A stretch of 64,000 nucleotides of DNA from Nemertoderma westbladi (GCA_032718475.1 JAUCBJ010007556.1:10074-74073); one strand, 5' to 3'; positions 1 to 13,937 are shown, numbered from the stretch's first letter. Program-made: numbers and translations. Notes: generated by a model not told the origin, from the sequence alone.

Positions 1-616
1 TTACCACGTAAACAATAGGTGGTATTTATAATTAATTGCCTGACAGCCAGATAGGCCGACTGCATTACCTACCGGTAAGCGGGGTATAGCTATTAATAAC
101 CAGTAGGGCCTAGCTATATTATTATAACATGGCTCCAAACGCCACCATAAATATAAGCTAACTTATTTATAACATAATTTTATGTCATTTTTACAAATAT
201 TTATACAGAAACTAATATAATTGGTGCAGTTTCTAGCACTTATAATGTATATGTAAAATCATTTCGTAATGTTAAAATTTGGGAATAAAACTACATACCG
301 GTACATACTTGTTGCAAAGTACTTTACAGTGTTCTGATCCTCGTGGCTTTATTTTCACTCACTCACTAACGTTCGTTCGTATAACAAAGCCACTCGGATC
401 ATCACACTGTAAAGTGCTACTTTACACACAAGTACCCAAGTACCGGTATGTAAATAGTTATTACAATAATGAGGTGTTTTACTAAAGGGGCGGGCGAGCT
501 GTAGATGAGGTGAGAAGCTGGGAGGTTGTGTAAAAAAACAGGAGATGCAAAGGCTTATTTTAACTAAAACATCAACAGACCAATGCCGTAAACCTTTGTT
601 TATCATAAATATTTAC

Positions 617-813
617 CTGCATCAGACCCAGTAAATTACGCGGAATATATTCGAACACAAGATAAAGTTTCCCTTTTCGTCGAAATGCTTCCTTTAAATC
701 AACTATGTTACAATGTCTCAACTCCCGTAACAGCTTCAATTCCTTCAATGTCTTCTCCCGAATCTTATCATTATCATCGCTCTCCTTAAATTTCTTCACC
801 GCAACGATTTCAT
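617..813 (-). CDS. CDKL5: CDKL5-like kinase, coding exon 2 (gene continues toward or past the window start)
   Basis: Acceptor ttcAG at 814, phase-compatible with exon 1. Encodes (D)[65 protein letters not shown], then donor CAG|GTAAAT. The [17 protein letters not shown] motif is characteristic of CDKL5. Confidence 0.88.
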
Positions 814-1100
814 CTGAATATAATTATTTATTATTTACGACTTATTTTATTAGTTTCGGTTACCGGAATAACGGGGCATCTTTAAATAATTATACTTATC
901 TAATCATATATATCGGTAACCATTATAATATTACCAATTATCTGTACCGGTATTTTAAGATCCAATATAATGTATAAATAAATGGGTGGAGCTGGTAATT
1001 ACTGAATAAACCTCACATAGATCCCCTCCGCAACGCACAGGTTTATAGGTACTGAGGTAGGGTACCGGTACCGACAAAACCACGGGGTACCGGTAATTCA

Positions 1101-1250
<150 letters not shown>

Positions 1251-3987
1251 CTAATCCTACCGGTCAGACTGACAGACGGTACCGGTAGGTATGTGATTTG
1301 TTAAACAATAATAATCTTGTTACCAGACCAGTCAACCAATACTCTGTCAGCAGAGTTTTATAAGAATATGCTTGCTGCAGGGCTGCAGCTCTAACTAGCC
1401 CTGTAGCCTAGTCCAGTAGTCAGCTAGTCTATAGTTCACCTAGCTACCGGTTGGAAACACTTATACCTTTACTATTACTATCTATGACAGTTAGCGAGTT
1501 AGGTGAGGTCGAGGTGTTCTCTCTTCTCTCCAGGCCAGGCTGTAAAATTTACTAAATACAGAAATAAGAGCTCAATCAGAGCAAAAATTAAACTAATCAG
1601 TAGGCCAGGCCCCTATTTGCTATAATACCGGTATATCTGGCACTGGTGATACTCTGCTATAGAATTTCAGTAATTGCAAATTGTTTTGGTTCGTTGGCAT
1701 AACTTCTGAAAGTGCACAGCAGCGGCAATTCACAGCAGCAGAGCTGCACAGAGCTGGGCCGGGTGCGCCTGGGAATAGTAGGCCTATTTCAAAATTTGGA
1801 CTTAAAGTCAAATTTTAGACTTCAAGTCCAAATTTGGACTCCAAAGTCCAATATTGGACTTTAGTACAACTCCAAGAGTACCCATGCTGGCATACTGTAT
1901 GTATATTGGTATTTAAATCAAAACTGCATCCCGCATCAGTCAGTACATACATATTACATAATTACAATGCAACATTATTTTAATGATCAAATTAATTATT
2001 ATAAGTACCGGTATTATAAGCAGGGATCGCACACGTACAGTCAGACAGTAGTTACTTTTTGCGGTAGTGGTATGGCTTTGTGGTAGCCTTACTGCCTTAG
2101 TGGTGTATACCGCGGTAGTTGAGTTATAGCTGTATACTGGTATAGTTCATTCATACCCATACCTGTGCAGCTGTGGTATTTTCGTATGGCAAAAATAAGA
2201 CTACTGTAAACTGTAACCTATTACTGTATTATGTTATTGAGTTAATGTTTATTGACTAATTGTTTTGATTAGGTTCTCTGTGTCAAGTACAATGCACTGC
2301 ACACATCTCCAACCGGTCAGCCGGTTATCGTTCATATGCGTACCTCTGGCAAAAGAAGCAGGTTACAGTGGTGGTGTTTTCTAACCAAAACAATAAACTA
2401 ATCTCCATTACTTAATTAACGGAAAGGAGCAGGTTACAGTGGTGGGTTTTTCTAACCAAAACAATAAACAATATGGTACGCATAGGTACCCATATGAACT
2501 ATAACTCTCCAACCAGACACTATATAACATTGGAGTTGGAGGTGTCTCATTGGTTCCCCCAAGCTTGACAGCTTGACACTAGAACAAAGCCGCCTCCGCT
2601 TTGCAGGACATTGCTTTCGCCATGAGGACCAGCCAGTGCACCTCATGGAGTAAATAAGCATGGTGGACAGCCCAGACTTTGTTGAGACGCATCTTTCTTA
2701 GTGTTTTAAAGGACACGGGCCTTGAAGATGCGGATGATCTAGAAAATGTCATGGGTGATAAGGCCTGACAGCCTGAAAGCTGTAAGGGAGTTGTGGAGGC
2801 GCAATTTTGTCAACAAGCAGGCACAGCATTCTTAATAGGGCCTATATATATAATGCAGCTGCAATGCAGCATGCCGACAGTAGTAGTAGTTGGTTAGAAA
2901 AGCCCGCTTCTGATGTATAAGCACATACCCTATGTGGTGATAGGGCTCCTTCAGCTTCAATACTGCAATAGGTAAAGTCAAAAGTGGCCGTTTATTGTGT
3001 TAGTTAGAAAAGCCTGCCTCTGCAACCTGTTCCTTTCCCTCAATTGGTTTATGACGTGTGTTACTTCTGTACTTATTAAGTGGAGACCCCAACACGTTAA
3101 TCAGTTAATCCCCTTTCACTATCCAGCCGTTTTAAAATACCCTTCCTGTTGTATGGAAAAATTAGAAGATATGGTGCAGTGGTGGTAGCATCAACTTGTA
3201 GTAGGCCTATTTCTTTCTGATAGGGCTCCCATAGGCTTAGACGAAATCGTAGCTTGTACTGTAGTTAGTCTTAGCAGCAGCTGCAGTTGGCAAACCTGGC
3301 ATTGCTACCAGTTTCCACCAAATATAATTTGTAATTGAATATTTGTTGGAGCATAATCTAATCTAGTCCTAAAGACTCCTAAAGTCCTGGGTACATAATG
3401 CTCTGTAACTGTAAGGTTAGACATAACATGAATGTAAACTAAACAATATGCTAAAAGTAAAGTACAAAGTACCTAGAATGCTAGAATGTAGGCCTACCAT
3501 TCTGCCATTATATTCTAAGTACAGTACACTGAAGATACATAGCCTACACCTATAGAGCTGCAAATGTAACTTTCCATAACTTAATAGCTGTCTGGCTGTC
3601 TCTCATATGTCATGCTTCAGCTTCATGTACTGTCTGACGTACGTCTGTCTGTCTGTACGTGCTGCATGAAGGTCTTAAACGTTTCAACTGATTGTTTCAG
3701 TATCTCACATACTGCGCAAAGGTCTCTTAAAACGTTTCAATGGATTGATTCAGTATCAAAAAGTCAAACGTGCTGCACGAAGTCTTCTAAACATGTTCAA
3801 TTACCAGCACAACATATTATTCAGTCTGTCAGTGTCATGCGCGAATCGGCGAATGCCAGAGTGCATCACCATTGTCATCCTGGTTTCGTTTTCTTCACGT
3901 TTTTTAGGTGGATTTAGTTGGGTAGCTAGCAGTTCAGACTTCACTTCACATTCTAATAATATTTATTAACATTCTACAATTCTTCAG

Positions 3988-5415
3988 GTGACGCTTACAC
4001 ACTATAAGGAAATCCGCAATGCAACAACTGCTGCTATATCTTGCGCAAAGAAAAACTACATTAAGGAAAAAATACAGACATACAAAACAGACTCAAAAAA
4101 ACTATGGAAGGAATTGAAAAGCCTTGGCACTCCCAGCAACCAAACATTGCATACAATAACAAGTATCAAAACAGGCGAAAGTATAGTCAGTGATCCACTG
4201 AGAATAGCAGAGGATTTCAACGTATATTTCTCTACAATCGCATCAGAACTGGTAAAACGTCTGCCACAAGGTACAGGAGAATTTAATCTGGCAGCAACAG
4301 ACAGATATTATCGGTCGCAGGGTGTCCCCCTGGACACTTTTGAGATCCGAAAAGTAAACATCACGTATGTAGCAGAGATCTTGGATGGGCTGGCAGAACA
4401 TAAAAGTCCCGGCATCGATGGTCTAACCCCAATGTATCTACGTGACTCCAGCGTTGCTATAGTGGAAGCTCTAACACATGTTATCAATCTGTCGATATCA
4501 ACAGCCATATTCCCATCGATATATAAAACTGCAAAGGTGACACCAATCTACAAAAAAGAATGTAGACTTACCAAGGGTAACTTCCGCCCAGTCTCACTCT
4601 TATCAATCCTGTCAAAGGTTCTAGAACGTATAGTATTTATACAGTTTGTTGCATACCTTGTCGAGTACAAGATTCTAGACCCCCTTCAATCTGGCTTCCG
4701 AAAGGGCTTCTCTGTAGAGACATGTCTACTATTCCTGAATGACGTCATCAAAACATCTGCAGACAATGGCATGGTGACTGGGGTTATACTAATAGACCTT
4801 CGCAAAGCATTTGACACCGTCAGCCATGAAATCCTTCTAAAAAAGCTATCACTAATAGGCTTTAAATCATCAGCAGTAGCATGGTTCCACTCGTATTTGG
4901 AGAATAGAAAACGGGTTGTCTGTGTTGGGGGGGTATGTTCGAGTGAAGCGATAGTAGATACAGGAGTACCACAAGGAGGTCTATTGGCAGTTTTGCTCTT
5001 CTTAATATATGGAAACGACCTAAATATGGCCATCAACCCGGCTACATGCTTCTCTGGATCAAATCTACAGTCATTGAGACCCAAAGATGAACTCCATAGC
5101 GTAAACCTAGAACCCCAAACAGAGTCGGATGTAACTTCTACAGAACCACATACTTTGTCCTTGAAGCTAGCCGATGATGCCAACCTCATTGCCTCCCACC
5201 AAAACCCATCAGCTGTTGCAAATACGCTAGAAATTATGCTAGACAAAGTATACTCATGGGCTACTGAAAACAAATTAAGTTTGAACTTCGAAAAAACTAA
5301 AAGCATTCTTTTTGAAACTCACCAGCGACTAAACAACGCTCACCCGCTCAATATTACATGCGCTGGGATCCCTACTGCCCTATTGAAGAAAAAAAAACTG
5401 TTCAGTTACAGTTAG
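3988..5415 (+). mobile_element. Truncated non-LTR retrotransposon (CR1/L2 group) reverse transcriptase ORF
   Basis: 475-aa ORF with KSPGIDG, NFRPVSLL, QSGFR, DLRKAFDTV, GVPQG, LADD and NKLSLNFEKTK motifs. No endonuclease domain; ends in an A-run. Confidence 0.9.
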
Positions 5416-5557
5416 TTACTTTTACTACTTATAACTTACTACTTACTATATATTTTTATCTAATGATCTATTTTATTTGAAATAAATTTCATATGTGCAA
5501 TTTTTGACTATGGCTGTATGGGTGTAATAATAATTATAATAATAATAATAAAATTGA

Positions 5558-5685
5558 CATATCCCGATCGGGATATATTACCTTTATGAGGGTATATCCG
5601 TATATCCCGATCGGGGTATATTTATATATCCCGATCGGGATATATTTATATAGGCCTATCCCGATCGGGATAGGGAACCCTACTG
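5558..5685. repeat. Cluster of ATATCCCGATCGGGATAT palindromes ending in a CCCTACTG terminus (orphan DNA-transposon end)
   Basis: Four copies of TATCCCGATCGGG(A/G)TA. Ends ...TAGGGAACCCTACTG, the same 8-bp terminus as the element at 5770-8937. No matching left end found. Confidence 0.55.
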
Positions 5686-6469
5686 TACGTACCGGTACGC
5701 CATACGTACGTCATACGACGTACGTCAGTCTGTCTGTCTTTCAGTAGGCCTACTTAACATACAGTCATACAGTAGGGAACATACCCTTAAATAAGCTCCA
5801 AAAGTGGGTTCTTATTTAAGGAAAATGGCTCTTATTTAGGGGTTTTTGGGCCTTTTTTGGATATTTTTTCGACATAATATGCAAGAACTTGTTTCAGTAA
5901 AAAATACCGCATCATTTTATTTCACAATATAAAAGTTGGTTCTTTCTTGAACATAATGCAAAAAACCAAAAAACATTTCACCGTCCGGTTTTTTTTCTAC
6001 AAGCGTTTTAAAATTGCATCAAAAATACGACCAGCTCCTAAATAAGAGGGATTTTTTAAATTTACCTTATTTAAGCCATCGAAATTGTATACATAAATAC
6101 TAAAAGTCCTTAAATAAGAACTTTTTGACATGGGTTTCTTATTTAGGTACCGGTACCCTATGCAATTTCATTCCAAAATCTGCATACTCCTTAAATAAAT
6201 TAAATATTTCTCATTTCTCATATATTAAATTAAATAAATTAAATAAAATAAATTAAATTAAATAAATTAAATTAAATAAATGAAATTAAATAAATTAAAT
6301 TAAATATCCTTATATAATGTCTCGTATAACCTCGTCTCCCAGCCCCGTCCTCCTTCTGCCCTTATCTGCTTATGACAGTTATGACCTCCTACCTGCCTAA
6401 CCTGGACAGGACTTTGCAAGATGCAGAGATACAGTAAGGGAGCTTCTGAGCTTAATTGGATAGGTGCAA

Positions 6470-8045
6470 AAATGCACAACGAGCAACAATGACCAACAAT
6501 AAGCAACAACGAGTAACAAATGAACAATGAGTAACAAAACAACGAGTAACAACGAGCAACAACGAGTAACATTGAGCCACAATGAGCAATAATAAAGTAC
6601 AATAACGAGCAATAATGAGGAACAACGACTGGTACAACAACCAGCAACAATGAGCAACAGTGAGAAACAACGAACAACAATGAGCAATGATGAGGAACAA
6701 CGACTGAACGAGCAACAATGAGCAACAACGAGTAACATTGAGAAACAACGAACAACAATGAGCAATAATAAAGTACAACAATGAGCAACAACGAGAAAAA
6801 AGCGAGCAACAATGAGGAACAACGACTGAACGAGCAATAATAAACAACAACGAGCAACAATGAGCAACAACGAGTAACAATGAGTAATAATGAGCAACAA
6901 CGAGCAATAATAAAGTACAACAACGAGAAACAATGACCAATAATTAGGACTTGAGGAACAATGAGTAACAACAATGAGCAACAATGACAATGAGTAACAT
7001 TGAGCAATAATAAAGTATAACAACGAGTAACATTGAGCAACAACGAGCAACAACTGAACAATGAGAAACAATGAGCAACAACGAGAAACAGCGATAGCAA
7101 CAATGAGGAACAACGACTGAACGAGCAATAATAAAGAACAACAACGAGTAACAATGAGCAACAACGAGAAACAACAAACAACGAGCAATAATGAGCAACA
7201 ACGACTGAACGAGCAACAACGAGTTATATTGAGCAGCACCAAGTTATATTGAGCAACAATAAGCAATAATAAAGTACAACAACGAGCAACAATGAGCAAC
7301 AACGACTGAACGAGCAACAACGAGTAATATTGAGCAACAACGAGCAACAATGAGCAATTATAAAGTACAACAACGAGCAACAATGAGCAACAACGATTGA
7401 ACGAGCAACAACGAGTAATATTGAGCAACATCGAGCAATAATAAAGTACAACAACGAGAAACAACGAGCAACAATGAGGAACAACGATTGAACGAGCAAT
7501 AATAAAGTACAACAACGAGCAACAATGAGTAACAATGAGCAATAATGAGCAACAACGAGCAATAATAGAGTACAACGAGCAACAATGAGCAATAATAAAG
7601 AACAACAACGAGCAACAATGAGCAACAACGAGCAATAGCAATAATGAGCAACAACGACTGAACGAGCAACAACGAGTTATATTGAGCAACAACGAGTTAT
7701 ATTGAGCAACAATAAGCAATAATAAAGTACAACAACGAGCAACAATGAGCAACAACGACTGAACGAGCAACAACGAGTAATATTGAGCAACAACGAGCAA
7801 CAATGAGCAATAATAAAGTACAACAACGAGCAACAATGAGGAACAACGATTGAACGAGCAATAATAAAGTACAACAACGAGCAACAATGAGCAACAATGA
7901 TCAATAATGAGCAACAACGAGCAATAATAGAGTACAATGAGCAATAATAAAGTACAACTAACGAGCAACAATGAGCAACAATAATGACCAACAATGAGAA
8001 ATAATAAAGCACAACGAGCAGCAATAAGCAACAACGAGCAACAAA
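6470..8045. repeat. Degenerate AAC/AAT-rich minisatellite built from ~10-bp GAGCAACAA(C/T) units
   Basis: Visible tandem GAGCAACAAT/GAGCAACAAC/AATAAAGTACAAC blocks inside the foldback element; source of the spurious Leu/Cys-rich ORFs. Confidence 0.95.
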
Positions 8046-8084
8046 CTGCGTCGAACCGGATTGAATGTGGGGGAAAGCCACGTT

Positions 8085-8412
8085 CAAGCGAGTGAAGCCT
8101 TAGCATATGGGTGCTATTAACGAGTTGTCTGTCGTGGTTGTAAATTTGTTATCGCTAATAACTCTGTCATTCCTTGATGAAATTAAACGAAACTTAGTAT
8201 GTATATATGTCAGTATGTAGTCTGTCAAAAGATTAGAAATAATCTGAAGTTAGGTAAAAAACAAACGAAAGCAATGACAGAATGAGGCAAATTAAGGAGA
8301 CGAGTATTGTGTTGAACGACCTCTGACTAACGAAAGACAACATGTTAATGGGGTGGGGCCCCTATCAGCTAGGGCTAGCTAAGGCTTTGCTCACTTCATG
8401 CTGCGCAAAGGT
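8085..8412. mobile_element. Possible Helentron-associated (DINE/HINE-like) non-autonomous element
   Basis: Imperfect subterminal inverted repeat (AAGCGAGTGAAGCCTTAGC vs GCTAAGGCTTTGCTCACTT), a short GTCT motif and a possible 3' stem-loop. Confidence 0.35.
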
Positions 8413-9066
8413 CCCACGAAGGTGTCCCACTGCTGCCTGAGCCAGTTGAGCCAAAACGTCATCCAGTCATCATCGTCAACCTTCATAACTGCATAACGTC
8501 TATAAGCTGCCCGACCGAACCACATTGAGGAATGTGCAGATTTTGGAATACAATTGTATTCCTAAATTAGAAACCCAGGTCAAAAAGTTCTTATTTAGGG
8601 ACTTTTAGTATTTATGTGTACAATTTCGATATCTTAAATAAGGTAAATTTGAAAAATCCCCTTATTTAGGAACTAGTCGTATTTTTGATGCAATTTTAAA
8701 ATGCTTGTAGAAAAAAAACCGGACGGTGAAATGTTTTCTGGTTTTTTGCTTTATGTTCAAGAAAGACCCAACTTTTACATTGTGAAATAAAATTATGCGG
8801 TATTTTTTCCTGAAACAAGTTATTGCATATTATATCGAAAAAATATCCAAAAAAGGCACAAAAACCCCTAAATAAGAGCCATTTTCCTTAAATAAGAACC
8901 CACTTTTGGAGCTTATTTAAGGGTATGTTCCCTACTGTCATACGTGTCAATGTCAACAAGTCAACACATGCAGACATGTCAATCTGTCAATGGCTGAATG
9001 GTGACATGGTGCATGGAACATGTCAATATTGACATCATGTTAATTTTGAGATTGAACACATCAAGT

Positions 9067-10604
9067 CTAGTTTAGTTTAGTTTAGTTTAATACGCCAAAT
9101 GCAAATTAAAATTAATACATACAGCACATAAATTCTTATAAAACACAATGAACTGGCAAATCTATAAGGATTCTACGCATATGCGTATATTTCTTTTATG
9201 AAGTACTGCAGGTAAGTTACATACATTATAGGTACAAACATATAACATATTACAAACATAAATAAACAATAAACAGATAGTGGGGTTCAAAATTATACGA
9301 CGTAGATTGTAAGTAAAAATCACAATGTTGATAATTTTACATATTGCAATAAAAAATAAACATAAAAGGCACGTTATGATTAAAATGTTTCTATTAAGAA
9401 CGATACAGTAAAAACTTCGATGTGTGCAATAATATTAAAAAAAACAAATAAAAAATAATAAAAATAATAAAAAATACCGTGCACTTCATATGAAAATATT
9501 AAAAACAAAGAACCTGATATTTATTTAAGTAAAAATTGTAATTACAATGATACAAAAGAAAAATTTAATTTAATATAAGTACCGATGGAATGTAAACTGG
9601 GCAGTGGCAACTTGTCTAACTGGTATATCACTATAAATATTCATTTTGGACTTCATGGCACAATCAAGACGATTTTTAAATAAGTTTACACTAGGATTAC
9701 CATGAAAATCTCGAGCATTAACAACATTCTCATCCAACATATTCCATAAGTTTATCACACGAGACGCAAAACTGTTAGTGTGGAACAGATGTTGACCCGC
9801 GGTGTTTCGTTTGTACAATGTCAGTGATGAACCTCTTGTCGAATATGAGTGACGCTGGCTTCTGAGTTCAAAAAAGTTACTATAGTCTACGTTATCAAGT
9901 TTGTGAACAAACTTGTATGTTGATATCATATCCGCTCTAGCTCGTCTGTAAATCAGTGTCGGTATTTTAAGTGAACGAAGACGCTCCTCATATGACAGAT
10001 GCTGTAGTGAAGGTACCATACGGGTTGCGCGGTGTTGCACTTGTTCTATGTGCTCGATATCCTTTTGAAGATACGGTGACCATACAACTGTACCATATTC
10101 GAGTAGCGGACGAATTATAGACTTATATAACTTGGTAAACATTATCGGTTCCATAAACGTGAATGTGTGTTTTACTAAGTTAAGAATACGTGTCGCACGA
10201 GCAGCAATATTAGAACAATGAGCGGAGAATGACATATTGGAACTAAAAGTAACACCAAGGTCTTTCTCTTCGCATACTGCATCCAGAACTGTGTTAGACA
10301 TGTAGTATGGCGTTGATGGATTTCTACGACCAAGGTGAAGTATTTTACACTTTGAAAAATTAAACTGTAAGTGCCATTTGTTTGCCCATTCAACAAGCCG
10401 GTTTAAGTCTGCTTGCAAGAAGTTGGTGTCGTCCGTACTAGAAATTTGTCTGTATATTTTCGTATCATCTACAAATATCTTACAACAAGATGTGATCATA
10501 TCAGGAACATCATTAACGAAGATCAAGAATAATATTGGCGCAGTAACAGTCCCCTGAGGAACGCCACTGGTCACCATTCGAGTCCCACTTAATACTCCAT
10601 TAAC
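9067..10604 (-). mobile_element. CR1-type LINE, 3' part (RT C-terminus, 3' UTR, (AAACT)n tail)
   Basis: ORF 9570-10577 with SGVPQG, FVDDTK, EKDLGV, RPLLEY, VWSPY and SRVINLWN. Minus-strand (AAACT)n microsatellite at ~9067-9090. Confidence 0.88.
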
Positions 10605-11265
10605 CAGTCAGGGAGATCATCAAATTTGAGAATACCTCAAATTTCAAATTATAGACCCAATTTTGGAATTACCTCAAATTTAATACAAGGTTAGGTTAAT
10701 TCTCTAAATTTGAGTTTTACCCCAAATTTGAATTTCATAGCAGTATAGTCAGAAGTCATAGTTGGCCTAGTTCAGTAGTTGTTAGCTTGTTACTGTATTC
10801 AGGTATTGCAAAGGTAAAAAAATAAACTGATGTATGTAGGCCTAGTGTCTGAGTGTTGTGAAATATAATATTTAAAACATATTCAGTATTAGTTTAAAAA
10901 GGCTTATGCTTAAAAAGGATACTTACTGGTAGGGGTGCAGTGGGTTGGTGGTGGTATGATCAGATGGTAGACATATAAAACGAAGTACAGAGCTTAAAGA
11001 ACTTATATTTTTATATTGTTACTTTTTTGCTTGAATATGCCCTAAAACTAGGCCTACTTTTTTCCCTAATGGTACGGTAGGGAAAAAGTTGTCCCCATAA
11101 TATCTGAATATTGTAACTTTTTGTTGGGCACAGCTTTTGCAAAGTCGGCAACACAGCAACCTGCAATAATATTGAATAATATTGCCACATAATAATGTAC
11201 CATGTAGAGCCATAATTTTGCATTGATTTTACTTTTTCTCCTGGTAAAAAAAAGTAAAATAAAAC

Positions 11266-11545
11266 ATTGGCACTTGTATCAAATAGGGGACCCTCCTACT
11301 GTCCTAGCTCCTAATCTGCTAATCCTGAAATCACCTAAACTAAAGTCACTTTCACTTAGTGCCCGGTTACAGGGTTAGCAAAGGAGCAGAGCAGGTTACA
11401 GAGGTGAGTTGAAAGAAACCAAAAAACAATAAACAAGAGTTACGAATATTGATATCACCTGCACTAAATTTCAGGATTAGCTGGTGATTTCAGGATTAGC
11501 AGGAGGGCTGGAGGGTCACCTATTTGATTTGACACAAGTGCCAAA
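11266..11545. mobile_element. Nested MITE-like inverted-repeat element
   Basis: TTGGCACTTGT..CAAATAGG..CTGCTAATCCTGAAATCACC is mirrored by GGTGATTTCAGGATTAGCAG..CCTATTTGA..ACAAGTGCCAA. Confidence 0.6.
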
Positions 11546-11799
11546 ATATTTATGGTGGAATTTCTAAAATCTCATTGAATGTGTTGATCAAAGCCAAATC
11601 CATCCCTACACACTATTGCAATGCAACTTTAGTGCCTGCAAGGTGTACTCCAGAGATGAGATAAAACCTCGAGAATAGGTTAGTGAAAAAGGTTATACTT
11701 TTTGCCCAAGTTATAAATGATTCTGGTTCCTCATAAGGTCAAATTAAAAGGATGTATGTATATATATGTATAGTATAAACAAACAGTCACCTAGATTTC

Positions 11800-12620
11800 T
11801 AAAACATTTCCGATGTCTTGATAAGAAAGCAGAGTCTAAAGACTGTTTAAAAGAATAGCGATTAGTGATGTTCCATATGTTAATGACCCTGATAAAGAAT
11901 AGGTGATGTATGGAACATGCAGACATGGCAGCACGGGCAGATGGGCGGGGCATGGCCTTTGCTTCATAATTTTATATATATGGCCAGGTCATGATTGCAT
12001 TGGATGTCTGGCTGGGTGGGATATTAAAATAGTCTGCTAGGATGTTGCACATTGTTGTAATGGAGGATCAGGTTTAGATCTTTACATATAAGTTTAAAGC
12101 ACATTATCAAATTGAACTTTAATTGATGTATTATTGTATACTGCAGTAGTAGGTAGTGGTTCCAACTTTCTCCAGTCGTATAGAATAACTAACAAAAGAA
12201 TCAAGTCCACATATATTGTATAAACCACGTCAACCTTTGCGGCAACATTTGTCTAGAAATGGGCTCCAAACTGTGGAAGAATGATGGTACAGTATTCCAA
12301 TTGACAGATAGAGCTAGGGCAGGCGAATATTACATAAGTCTTCAGGCTGTCAGGAGAGGAATGGCTTCATTTGATATACAAAGTTTTAAAGAGGACATCA
12401 ACAACCAGAGAACATATTTTTTTCCCAAAGATGTGTGATATGAATGATGATGATGAACAGAACAGATGAAGGCCAGAATGTAAACTTCCAAATTCTGGAA
12501 TTGATTCAACATCTACAAGATATAATAGGCAGCTGTCAGGCTGTATGAGCTTGAATCTCGCAACAGTTATGATTTGGTCCACTGTTCTTCTTACCAACAG
12601 TAAGGCTGTAAGGATAGCGA
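11800..12620 (-). pseudogene. Old, heavily decayed CR1-like RT C-terminal remnant
   Basis: Broken fragments such as VWSPFL, FFIRVINIWN and SFKQSLD, with many stops and frameshifts. Confidence 0.5.
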
Positions 12621-13137
12621 ATTTCTCTAGTCTTCTGCATTTTTCTCACCAATCACTAACGGAGTTATAAAGTTATTGACTGTAAGTTGCTATGCTGTAA
12701 GGTTAAGCCTACCCTGCATACATGTCATGTCACAGGTTACACTGGTCACCCATTCTCACCAAGCTCTATAAGCACTAAGCAGCAAAGCCTACTGCTACAC
12801 CCTACTGCTGGCAGGCTGGTGATGTTGTAAAGACTGGCAAAATTTGAGGTTTTGTCTCAAATTTGAGGTTTAACCTCAAATTTCAATTTTCGCCCCCAAT
12901 AAAAGCATGTTTGCATCGGTGAAATATTTTATTGCATCGATAAAAGTTCTTATTTTACATTATATTTTAACATATTAAAAGTAGAAGTTGCTCCAACAGT
13001 TTCCCTAAGTCGCAGCAACACTCGATATTATGAGTCTAAAAATACCTCAAATTTGAACAAAAAACCCCAATTTTCGACAGTCTATTACCAGAATTCGAAA
13101 TTTGGGGTAACCCCAAAATTGATGATCTCCCTGACTG

Positions 13138-13499
13138 TTAACCCTAACAGTTTGGGTACGCCCAGTAAGAAAGTTACCTATCCAAACTAAAACGTTGCCC
13201 TTTACACCATAACTCTCTAATTTATGCAGTAGCAGGGTGTGTGAGACAGTGTCAAAGGCTCGTCTTAGATCGAGATACACAACATCAGCTCCAAGAGAAT
13301 GCAGTTCATCTACAAAGTTGCAGAAGTCTTCCACTACTTCTAGTAACTGTGTAACTGTAGAACGGTGAGCACGAGCTCCGTGCTGGGCATCAGTGAAAAT
13401 ATTATTTCCTTCAAAATGACAAATAAGTGCATCACGAATAAACTTCTCACAGACCTTAGCCAAGATACAAGTAAGGGATATGGGACGATAGTAAGTCAA
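13138..13499 (-). mobile_element. CR1-type LINE, 5' part of the same RT, split by a DNA-transposon insertion
   Basis: YRPISLT, QHGAR, DLRRAFDTV, FLTGRTQTVRVN. Removing 10605-13142 rejoins the frame as ...TVRVNGVLSGTRMVTSGVPQG. Confidence 0.9.
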
Positions 13500-13937
13500 G
13501 CAGTCAAGGTCAAGGCTGCAAGGTCAATACAGCAATAGGCTGATAGGATAGGCTGCAGAACTGCAGAATGGACTTACGACCTACGGTAGGCTGTACCTAA
13601 CTGCCTAATACATAATAGCAGAATAGTACCGTAATAATCTAAATCCAAGGTTATCCTGTCTGCCTGTTATCAAGGTAAGGATGGGCTGGCAGCTGGGTAT
13701 TAGTACAGTAGTACGTTTGAACGACACTAGCCAAACAAGCCTAAAACCAGATAAATAATGGTACCGGTACCGGTATAGCAGTATTGTGCACCACCTTGCG
13801 GATTGCATGGGTATTATTTATTAGCTGGACTGGCTTGGCTACTGCAGTACTGCTAAGACTGTAAGTTTCTGACTAACTGCTGAACTGATTACCGGTACCT
13901 AATGCTGTAATGGCAGGCTGCAGGCAGGCGCAGGCGG

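Larger units (their letters stand above)
5770..8937. mobile_element. Non-autonomous foldback DNA transposon, ~420-bp TIRs, 5-bp TSD TCATA
   Basis: 5770-~6190 (CAGTAGGGAACATACCCTTAAATAAG...) is the reverse complement of ~8525-8937. TCATA lies at 5765-5769 and 8938-8942. Confidence 0.9.
10605..13137. mobile_element. Non-autonomous DNA transposon with CAGTCAGGGAGATCATCAA TIR and 5-bp TSD TTAAC
   Basis: TIRs at 10605-10623 and 13119-13137. TTAAC at 10600-10604 and 13138-13142. Subterminal CTCAAATTTGAG-type repeats at both ends. Confidence 0.92.

Noticed and set aside
3961-3990. Splice-acceptor-like TTCTTCAG just before the RT ORF (domesticated exon?)
   Set aside because: No upstream exon or downstream donor is evident; it is more simply the truncated 5' edge of a LINE.
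6300-8106. Long Leu/Cys/Val-rich ORFs (up to 569 aa) in all three minus frames
   Set aside because: By-product of a low-complexity AAC/GAGC minisatellite that is stop-poor on that strand; no protein signal.
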